Shown here one piece after another: positions 25,240 to 32,000 of a stretch of 32,000 nucleotides of DNA. The position numbers and the translations under genes are program-made. The notes beneath the pieces were generated by a model that made no database searches, was not told the DNA's origin, and saw only the letters and a program-made list of their open reading frames with translations. Positions within the stretch are counted from its first letter, which is position 1. Each line of letters opens with the position of its first letter. Origin of the DNA: Mycolicibacterium smegmatis (GTDB lineage Bacteria; Actinomycetota; Actinomycetes; Mycobacteriales; Mycobacteriaceae); NCBI RefSeq assembly GCF_001457595.1, contig NZ_LN831039.1:330001-362000 (forward strand). Reading direction: 5' to 3'.

Positions 25240-26415
25240 ATGTCTGCCCGGCCCGAGTCTGCTCCGCACGTGCGGCGAGTGCTGCTGCTGTGCTGGCGCG
25301 ACACCGGCCACCCGCAGGGCGGCGGCAGCGAGGCGTACGTGCAGCGCATCGGCGCATACCTGGCAGGCCGCGGTGTCGACGTCACGCTGCGCACGGCGCG
25401 CTATCCCGGTTCGGCGCGCACCGAGGTGGTCGACGGCGTGCGCATCAGCCGTGGTGGCGGGCCCTACACCGTCTACATCTGGGCCGGTCTGGCGATGGTG
25501 CTCGCGCGCATAGGGCTGGGGCCGCTGCGCCGCGCGCGGCCCGACGTGGTGATCGACACCCAGAACGGGTTGCCGTTCCTCGCGCGGCTCGCGTTCGGCC
25601 GGCGCGTCGCGGTGCTCGTGCACCACTGCCACCGCGAGTTGTGGCCCGTCGCCGGTCCTGTCATGGGTCGTATCGGCTGGTTCGTGGAGTCGTGGCTGTC
25701 GCCGCGGCTGCACCGGCGCAACCAGTACGTCACGGTGTCACTGCCGTCGGCCCGTGACCTCAATGAACTCGGTGTCGATTCACAGCGGATCGCGGTGGTG
25801 CGCAACGGACTCGACGAGGCACCCGCGACCACCCTGAAGCTGCCCCGCTCGGAGACCCCGCGCCTGGTGGTGTTGTCACGGCTGGTGCCGCACAAACAGA
25901 TCGAGGATGCGCTGGAAGCCGTCGCGCAACTGCGCACCGAGATGCCTGATGTGCACCTGGACATCCTCGGCGACGGCTGGTGGCGGGAACGCCTGGTCGA
26001 ACACGCCGAACTGCTGGGCATCACCGACGCGGTGACCTTCCACGGTCACGTCGACGAGGACACCAAACATCGTGTACTGCAACGCAGTTGGGTGCACGTG
26101 CTGCCGTCGCGCAAGGAAGGCTGGGGCCTGGCGGTCACCGAGGCAGCGCAGCACGCCGTGCCCACCATCGGCTACCGCTCGTCGGGCGGACTGACGGACT
26201 CTGTCGTCGACGGGGTCACCGGCCTGCTCGTCGACGACCGCGACGGGCTGGTCGCGGGGTTGCGCCAGTTGGTGTCCGATCCCGTGCTGCGCACGCAACT
26301 GGGCACCAAGGCGCAGACCCGCAGCGACGAGTTCTCGTGGGCGCAGAGCGCCGACGCCATGTGCACGGTGCTGGAGTCGGTCCGCGCGGGTCGATACCTC
26401 AGCGGCCTGGTCTGA
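25240..26415 (+). CDS. GT4-type glycosyltransferase (Rv0225-like)
   Basis: MSARPESAPHVRRVLLLCWRDTGHPQGGGSEAYVQRIGAYLA...VLHRSWVHVLPSRKEGWGLAVTEAAQHAVPTIGYRSSGGLTDSV-type C-terminal donor-binding region (LQRSWVHVLPSRKEGWGLAVTEAA). Start trimmed to ATG 25240. Confidence 0.9.
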   Translation: MSARPESAPHVRRVLLLCWRDTGHPQGGGSEAYVQRIGAYLAGRGVDVTLRTARYPGSARTEVVDGVRISRGGGPYTVYIWAGLAMVLARIGLGPLRRARPDVVIDTQNGLPFLARLAFGRRVAVLVHHCHRELWPVAGPVMGRIGWFVESWLSPRLHRRNQYVTVSLPSARDLNELGVDSQRIAVVRNGLDEAPATTLKLPRSETPRLVVLSRLVPHKQIEDALEAVAQLRTEMPDVHLDILGDGWWRERLVEHAELLGITDAVTFHGHVDEDTKHRVLQRSWVHVLPSRKEGWGLAVTEAAQHAVPTIGYRSSGGLTDSVVDGVTGLLVDDRDGLVAGLRQLVSDPVLRTQLGTKAQTRSDEFSWAQSADAMCTVLESVRAGRYLSGLV

Positions 26416-26421
26416 CGCCGC

Positions 26422-27051
26422 TCAGGACGCCCCGGCGGCCGCCTTCGCGGTGCGGGCCAGCCGCGCCACCTCGGCCCAGTCCTTGCGCCCCACCACATCT
26501 GCGGGCGTCAACCAGCTGCCGCCCACGCAGCCGACGTTCGGGCTCGCCAGGTAGTCGCCCATGTTGGCGGGCGTGATCCCGCCGGTGGGGCAGAACCGTG
26601 CCGCGGGGACGGGCGAGTGGATGGCGCGCAGATACTTCGCGCCGCCGGCCTGCTCGGCCGGGAAGAACTTCAGCTCGGTGTAGCCCTCCTCGAGCAGGGT
26701 GAGCACCTCCGACACCGTGGACACCCCGGGCAGGTGCGGTAACCCGCTGTCGCGCATCGCCGCACGCAGCGACGGCGTGCTACCGGGTGACACCAGGAAC
26801 TGGGCCCCGTTGGCGGCGGCCTGTTTCGGTTGTGCGGAGTCGACGACGGTGCCCGCACCGACGAGGATCTCGGGCACCTCGTCGGCGATCCGCTTGATGG
26901 CGTCGAGCGCCGCGGGTGTGCGCAGCGTCAGCTCGATGACCGGTAACCCGCCCTCGACCAGTGCCTTGGCGATCGGCACCGCGTCGGCGGCGTCGTGCAC
27001 GACGACGACGGGGATGACGGGGACGAGGTCGAGCAGGGAATCGAGACTCAT
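26422..27051 (-). CDS. eda: 2-dehydro-3-deoxyphosphogluconate (KDPG) aldolase
   Basis: [49 protein letters not shown]...VGAGTV...FLVSPGSTP...FFPAEQAGG; ATGA overlap with edd. Confidence 0.95.
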   Translation of the reverse strand: MSLDSLLDLVPVIPVVVVHDAADAVPIAKALVEGGLPVIELTLRTPAALDAIKRIADEVPEILVGAGTVVDSAQPKQAAANGAQFLVSPGSTPSLRAAMRDSGLPHLPGVSTVSEVLTLLEEGYTELKFFPAEQAGGAKYLRAIHSPVPAARFCPTGGITPANMGDYLASPNVGCVGGSWLTPADVVGRKDWAEVARLARTAKAAAGAS

Positions 27052-28877
27052 ACGGCACTCCTGAAGATCGTGGCGCCCTGGTCGGCCGGGCCGACGCTGG
27101 CACGCAAGGTGGCGAAGAGTTCCCGGCCGGTGCCGGTCCACTCGTCGTTGGTGGGGGCCTGCCCGGTGCTGGACCGGGCAGCGAGGTCCGCGGGCGCGAC
27201 GTCGACCGACAACGTACCGGCCGTGGCGTCGACGGTGATGACGTCGCCGTCGCGAACCCGCGACAGCGGCCCGCCCGCGGCGGCCTCCGGCGTGACGTGG
27301 ATGGCCGCGGGCACCTTGCCCGAAGCGCCCGACATGCGCCCGTCGGTCACCAGCGCGACCTTGAACCCGCGGTCCTGCAGCACCCCCAGCGCCGGGGTGA
27401 GCTTGTGCAGTTCGGGCATACCGAGCGCCTGCGGTCCCTGGTATCGCAAGACGCCGACGAAATCGCGGTCGAGTTCACCGGCCCCGAACGCCTCGAGGAA
27501 CGCCTCCTGGCTGTCGAACACGGCCGCGGGTGCGACGACCGTGCGATGTTCGGGGTCGACCGCCGAGGTCTTCATGACGCTCGTGCCGAGATTGCCCGAG
27601 AGTGTCTTGAGCCCGCCGTCGGGCGCGAACGGGTCGTCGACCCCGCGCAGCACGTCGGTGTCGAGGCTCGCGTGCACCCCGTCGCGCCAGCGCAGCACCC
27701 CGTCGTCGAGGTAGGGCTCGGTGGTGTAGCGGCGCAGGCCCGGTCCGGCCACGGTCGTGACGTTCTCGTGCAGCAGCCCGGCGTCGAGCAGCGACCGGAC
27801 CAGAAACGCCATGCCGCCTGCGGCCTGGAAGTGGTTGACGTCGGCCTTGCCGTTGGGATAGATCCGCGCGAGCAGCGGTACGACCGCCGACAGATCGGCA
27901 ATGTCGTTCCAGGTCAGGATGATTCCCGCGGCGCGGGCGATCGCGACCAGATGCATGGTGTGGTTGGTCGACCCACCTGTGGCCAGCAGCGCGACGGCCC
28001 CGTTGACCACGGCGCGCTCGTCGACCACGGCGCCGACCGGTGTGTAGGCGTCGCCCAGGGCGGTCACCTCGGCGGCCCGTGCACCTGCCGCTGCGGTCAG
28101 CGCCTCACGCAGCGGGGTGTCCGGCGTCACCAGGCTGGACCCGGGCAGATGCAGGCCCATCGCCTCCATGAGCAGCTGGTTGGAGTTCGCGGTGCCGTAG
28201 AACGTGCACGTGCCGCGCCCGTGGTACGACGCGGCCTCGGCGTCGAGCAGGGCCTCACGGTCGACCTTGCCCTCGGCGAACATCTGGCGGATGCGGGACT
28301 TCTCTCCGTTGGGCAGTCCCGAGGTCATCGGGCCGGCGGGCACGAAGATCGCGGGCAAGTGGCCGAAACTCAGCGCACCGATCAGCATGCCCGGCACGAT
28401 CTTGTCGCACACGCCGAGCAACAGCGCGGCGTCGAACATGTCGTGGGACAAGGCAATTGCCGTCGACATGGCGATCACGTCGCGCGAGAACAACGACAGC
28501 TGCATACCGGCGCGGCCCTGCGTGATGCCGTCGCACATCGCGGGCACGCCGCCTGCGACCTGGGCGATGGCGCCGGCGCCCAGTGCCGCGGCCTTCAGTT
28601 GGGCCGGGTAGTCCTCGAATGGCTTGTGCGCCGAGAGCATGTCGTTGTAGGACGACACGATCGCCAGGTTGGGTTTGACGATGCGGCGCAACGCCTCTTT
28701 GTCGGCTGGTTCGGTCGCGGCGAATCCGTGCGCCAGGTTGGCGCACGCCAGGCGGCCGCGGGCCGGGCCGCGGTGCGTCTGTTCGGCCATGCGCTCCAGG
28801 TACACGTCGCGGGTCGCGGCGCTGCGCTCGACGATGCGGCGCGTGACCTCCGCGACGGTCGGGTGGACGGTGCTCAT
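27048..28877 (-). CDS. edd: 6-phosphogluconate dehydratase
   Basis: [60 protein letters not shown]...; IlvD/Edd family; gene context zwf-edd-eda. Confidence 0.96.
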   Translation of the reverse strand: MSTVHPTVAEVTRRIVERSAATRDVYLERMAEQTHRGPARGRLACANLAHGFAATEPADKEALRRIVKPNLAIVSSYNDMLSAHKPFEDYPAQLKAAALGAGAIAQVAGGVPAMCDGITQGRAGMQLSLFSRDVIAMSTAIALSHDMFDAALLLGVCDKIVPGMLIGALSFGHLPAIFVPAGPMTSGLPNGEKSRIRQMFAEGKVDREALLDAEAASYHGRGTCTFYGTANSNQLLMEAMGLHLPGSSLVTPDTPLREALTAAAGARAAEVTALGDAYTPVGAVVDERAVVNGAVALLATGGSTNHTMHLVAIARAAGIILTWNDIADLSAVVPLLARIYPNGKADVNHFQAAGGMAFLVRSLLDAGLLHENVTTVAGPGLRRYTTEPYLDDGVLRWRDGVHASLDTDVLRGVDDPFAPDGGLKTLSGNLGTSVMKTSAVDPEHRTVVAPAAVFDSQEAFLEAFGAGELDRDFVGVLRYQGPQALGMPELHKLTPALGVLQDRGFKVALVTDGRMSGASGKVPAAIHVTPEAAAGGPLSRVRDGDVITVDATAGTLSVDVAPADLAARSSTGQAPTNDEWTGTGRELFATLRASVGPADQGATIFRSAV

Positions 28878-30361
28878 GCTGCTCCTCCATGCCAGCGCCG
28901 GCCATCGCGCTCGATGAGCGTGGCGGCGTCAACGGGTCCATCGGTGCCTGCCGGGTAGGTCCGGGGCACCCGGTCGGCGTCCTGCCAGTGGCGCAGGATC
29001 GGTTCGGCCCAGGCCCACGCGGCCTCGACCTCGTCGCGACGCATGAACAATGTGGGATCCCCACGCACGACGTCCATGAGCAGCCGTTCGTAGGCATCGG
29101 GGGAGCGCTCGGGGAAGGCCTCGGTGTAGTTGAGCGCCAACGAAACCGGCCGCAGACGGCCGCCGGAACCGGGTTCCTTCGCGGTCATCTCAAGCCGGAT
29201 GGCCTCGTCGGGCTGCAGCGAGATGATCAGCCGGTTCGGTTCCGAGGTGCCTTCGATGCCCGGGAACATCGGCAGCGGAACGGGTTTGAACTGCACGACG
29301 ATCTCGGAGAAGCGCTGCGACATCCTTTTCCCGGTGCGCAGGTAGAACGGCACGCCGGCCCAGCGCCAGTTCCTGATGTGCGCCTTGACCGCGACGAACG
29401 TCTCGGTGCGGCTGTGCGGGTCGGCGACCTCCTCGCGGTAACTTCCCACCACCTCGTCGCCGACGAGGCCGGGACCGTACTGCCCGGTGACGGTGTCGCG
29501 CTGGGTCTGTTCGGCCGTCAGCGGCTCGAGGGCTTCGAGCACCTTGCGCTTCTCGTCGCGCACGGATTCGCGGTTGACGTGGGTCGGCGGTTCCATCGCC
29601 ACGAGGCAGAGCACCTGCAGCAGGTGGTTCTGCAGCATGTCGCGCAGTGCACCCGACTGGTCGTAGTAGTCGCCGCGGGCACCCACACCGAGCGATTCGG
29701 CCGCGGTGATCTGTACGTGGTCGATGCGGCTGGAGTTCCACAGCGGCTCAAGCCAGGTGTTGCCGAAGCGTGTGACCAGCAGCTGCTGCACGCTCTCCTT
29801 GCCGAGGTAGTGGTCGATGCGGAAGATCTGGTGCTCGGCGAACACCGCGCCAACAGCCTCGTTGATCTGTTGCGCGGACGCCAGATCCCGCCCGATCGGC
29901 TTCTCCAGCACGACCCGCGAGGACTCGGTGACCAGTCCCTGCGCGCCGAGCGCGCCGCAGATCGGCCCGAACAGGGCGGGAGCGCAGGCCAGGTAGAACA
30001 CCCGGATGTCGTGTCCCGACCCTCCGTCGGGCGAGGTCAGGACGTCACCGACGGCCGCGTAGTCCGACGGTTCGGTGAGATCGACGCTGACGAACCGCAG
30101 GCGGCTCAGGAAACGGTCGACGACGTCGGAGTCCAGCAGGTCGGGTTCGACGTGCCGGGCGAGTCCGGCACGGACCGTGTTGCGGTATCCCGCGTCGTCC
30201 AGGCCGGCCTTGGCCACACCGATGATCCGGGTGGCGCCTGCGAGCTGGCCGTCTCGGTCCCGCAGGTACAGGGCGGGCAGGAGCTTACGCGCGGCGAGGT
30301 CGCCGGTGCCGCCGAAGATCACGAAATCGCACGGATCGACGGGGCTGGGGGTTCGGTTCAT
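28874..30361 (-). CDS. zwf: Glucose-6-phosphate 1-dehydrogenase
   Basis: [45 protein letters not shown]; ATG 30361 preceded by AGGAGG with a 5-nt spacer; ATGA overlap with edd. Confidence 0.96.
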   Translation of the reverse strand: MNRTPSPVDPCDFVIFGGTGDLAARKLLPALYLRDRDGQLAGATRIIGVAKAGLDDAGYRNTVRAGLARHVEPDLLDSDVVDRFLSRLRFVSVDLTEPSDYAAVGDVLTSPDGGSGHDIRVFYLACAPALFGPICGALGAQGLVTESSRVVLEKPIGRDLASAQQINEAVGAVFAEHQIFRIDHYLGKESVQQLLVTRFGNTWLEPLWNSSRIDHVQITAAESLGVGARGDYYDQSGALRDMLQNHLLQVLCLVAMEPPTHVNRESVRDEKRKVLEALEPLTAEQTQRDTVTGQYGPGLVGDEVVGSYREEVADPHSRTETFVAVKAHIRNWRWAGVPFYLRTGKRMSQRFSEIVVQFKPVPLPMFPGIEGTSEPNRLIISLQPDEAIRLEMTAKEPGSGGRLRPVSLALNYTEAFPERSPDAYERLLMDVVRGDPTLFMRRDEVEAAWAWAEPILRHWQDADRVPRTYPAGTDGPVDAATLIERDGRRWHGGAA

Positions 30362-30382
30362 CGAAGCCTCCTAGAGAGGAGC

Positions 30383-30412
30383 AGGAGCTGGATCGATAGG
30401 AGCTGGATCGAT
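30383..30412. repeat. Perfect tandem duplication of 15 bp (AGGAGCTGGATCGAT x2)
   Basis: 30383-30397 and 30398-30412 are identical; lies in the leader between zwf and the divergent ROK gene. Confidence 0.85.
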
Positions 30413-30438
30413 TCAGCCTCAAACGCTAGACCCGCATT

Positions 30439-30476
30439 AGGACTTTGGCAAACGTACTTATGTACTTCAAAGACCT
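30439..30476. promoter_or_regulatory. Inverted repeat AGGACTTTG-N20-CAAAGACCT, candidate ROK-regulator operator
   Basis: 9-bp arms with one mismatch, enclosing the direct repeat GTACTT-AT-GTACTT, in the zwf/ROK divergent promoter region. Confidence 0.5.
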
Positions 30477-30521
30477 AAATAATGCGTTCTTTGTTTGCTC
30501 CATGCGCTCAGATGCGGTTCC

Positions 30522-31709
30522 ATGGAGGCCATGCCGCCTCCTGCGACGCTGGTGTCGCCCACCCCCGGAGAGGTCTTCGCGCTGATCAGGGATCGCCGGG
30601 CCACCACGCGCGGTGAACTCGGGCGGCTCACGGGCCTGTCCCGCACCGCGGTCACGGCACGCGTTGCGGCCCTGGAGGCCGGCGGCCTGGTGATCGAGCG
30701 CGATCAGGCGTCGACGGGTGGGCGGCCGGCGGCGCAACTGATGTTCAACGTCGACGCGGGCGTGGTGTTCTCCGCGGCGATCGGACGCAGCCGCACGCAA
30801 CTCGCGGTCTGCAACCTCGACGGCACCATCCTGGCGTCCACCGACATCGACCAGGAGCCGGGTATCGCACCCGACGACCTCCTGCCCGACCTCGTCAAAC
30901 GGCTCGACATGCTGCTCGACGAGTCGGCCCGCCGCGACGCACACATCTTCGGCGTCGGGCTCAGCCTGCCCGGCACGGTCGATCAGCGCACCGGCGCCAG
31001 CCTGGATTCACCGAACATGAGCGGCTGGGACGGCGTGCCGCTCGCCCCGTATTTCACGAGCCTCACCGACGCCCCGGTCGTCATCGACAACGACGCCAAC
31101 GCCATCGCCGTGGCCGAAAGGCGCGGCGGCTACGGCGAATACGACGACATGCTGGTGGTCAAGGCGTCCACCGGCCTTGCCGCCGGGATCATCATGGGCG
31201 GACAACTCCAGCGGGGCGCCGTACAGGCCGCCGGGGAGTTCGGCCACAGCAAGACGGCCGCCGCGGCCGGCGTGCACTGCCGGTGCGGCGACACGGGCTG
31301 CCTCGAGGCGATCGCGGGTGGCTGGGCGCTGGTGCGTGCGCTGCAGCGTGACGGCCGTGCGGTGAACCACCTGCGTGACGTCGTGGCGCTCGCGCACACG
31401 GGCGACCCCGAGGCGCGCCGCATGATCCGGGAGAGCGGACGCCACATCGGCGAGGTGCTCGCCGCCGCGGTCAACCTGCTCAACCCGGCCGTGCTGGTGA
31501 TCGCGGGAGACATGGTCGGCGCGTACGACCTGTTTGTCGCGGGTCTACGGGAAACCTTGTACGGCAACGCCACCGCGTTGGCCACCCGCACCCTCCAGAT
31601 CGTGCCGTCCATCCATCGGGAGCGCTCCAGCATGGTCGGCTGCGCCACCAACGTGCTCGACCGGGTGCTCAGCCCGGACGCGGTCGATGCCGCCATGTAC
31701 GGCGACTGA
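30522..31709 (+). CDS. ROK-family transcriptional regulator (N-terminal HTH, sugar-kinase-like domain)
   Basis: FALIRDRRATTRGELGRLTGLSRTAVTARVAALEAGGLV; VDQRTGASLDSPNMSGW; VVIDNDANAIAVAERRGG; GEFGHSKTA..GVHCRCGDTGCLEAIAGG. Track start TTG 30495; ATG 30522 preferred but uncertain. Confidence 0.93.
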   Translation: MEAMPPPATLVSPTPGEVFALIRDRRATTRGELGRLTGLSRTAVTARVAALEAGGLVIERDQASTGGRPAAQLMFNVDAGVVFSAAIGRSRTQLAVCNLDGTILASTDIDQEPGIAPDDLLPDLVKRLDMLLDESARRDAHIFGVGLSLPGTVDQRTGASLDSPNMSGWDGVPLAPYFTSLTDAPVVIDNDANAIAVAERRGGYGEYDDMLVVKASTGLAAGIIMGGQLQRGAVQAAGEFGHSKTAAAAGVHCRCGDTGCLEAIAGGWALVRALQRDGRAVNHLRDVVALAHTGDPEARRMIRESGRHIGEVLAAAVNLLNPAVLVIAGDMVGAYDLFVAGLRETLYGNATALATRTLQIVPSIHRERSSMVGCATNVLDRVLSPDAVDAAMYGD

Positions 31710-32000
31710 GCACGCGCCCGACGCGTCCCGCGACGAGCCCGAGGGCGCCGCCGGCCAGCGCCGCCAGCCACACCAGGTGCGCTGCGATCAGCAGACCGCG
31801 ATGCGGCGACGACGGGGCTTCGCCGCCGATGCGTTGCGCCGTGATCCCGCTGTCGGTTTCACGGACCAGCCAGCCCACGCCCGCTTCGGCGAGTTGTTGC
31901 GGCGACGCGCCATCGCGCAGCAGGCCCTGCACCGCACGGGCCCGCGCACCCTCACCCGGCACGGTCCGGCCCCCGATGAGCAGATCGCCCGTGGTCAGCA
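31669..32000 (-). CDS. C-terminus of a membrane protein (candidate Rv0226c-like), runs off the window
   Basis: Reverse-strand frame is open to the window edge (...LTTGDLLIGGRTVPGEGARARAVQGLLRDGASPQQLAEAGVGWLVRETDSG...GLLIAAHLVWLAALAGGALGLVAGRVGR); positively charged tail after a TM-like segment. Overlaps the ROK 3' end by 41 nt. Confidence 0.6.
   Translation of the reverse strand, partial: LTTGDLLIGGRTVPGEGARARAVQGLLRDGASPQQLAEAGVGWLVRETDSGITAQRIGGEAPSSPHRGLLIAAHLVWLAALAGGALGLVAGRVGRVLSRRTWRHRPRPG

Noticed and set aside
22701-25757. 1018-aa plus-strand ORF
   Set aside because: Antisense to the well-supported aldehyde dehydrogenase and methyltransferase; Arg/Pro/Ala-rich low-information translation typical of high-GC shadow frames.
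27297-30478. Plus-strand ORFs 27297-28958 and 28889-30478
   Set aside because: Antisense to edd and zwf, whose family identity is unambiguous.
1-32000. CRISPR arrays, tRNA/rRNA genes, insertion sequences, prophage genes
   Set aside because: No spaced direct-repeat arrays, no recognisable RNA gene signatures, and no transposase, integrase or phage-like protein among the supported ORFs.

Overview
High-GC actinobacterial chromosome, almost certainly a Mycolicibacterium close to M. smegmatis (nat product and Rv0223c-Rv0226c / Rv1425-Rv1428c-like blocks; assignment by recall, not by search). From left to right: (1) a small phosphonate-type locus (GntR/HutC regulator, PhnZ-like HD oxygenase, divergent TIGR03364-like FAD oxidoreductase) with an 18-bp operator that contains the published PhnF site; (2) an alpha/beta hydrolase and a WS/DGAT; (3) a ~9 kb catabolic cluster (5161-14291) with two paralogous Rieske oxygenase modules, each followed by the same kind of ~110-aa uncharacterised small protein, plus a TauD-like dioxygenase, SDR, FAD/2Fe-2S reductase, MarR regulator and two amidohydrolases; (4) a GlcD-like oxidase and an MDR dehydrogenase; (5) LipO/FadD12/Rv1428c-like lipid genes with a perfect KstR-type site shared with the divergent nat gene; (6) AraC-DinB and RibD/DHFR-like genes; (7) aldehyde dehydrogenase, methyltransferase and glycosyltransferase; (8) an Entner-Doudoroff operon zwf-edd-eda with a divergent ROK regulator. 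The best candidate for something undescribed is cluster (3). One Rieske paralogue has lost both canonical His ligands (C-x-R...C-x-x-C), one amidohydrolase has lost its HxH motif (M-E-L-N), each Rieske gene has a matching small partner, and a near-identical 24-bp operator/promoter element (21/24) recurs in front of two transcription units. No CRISPR, tRNA, rRNA or mobile element was seen.
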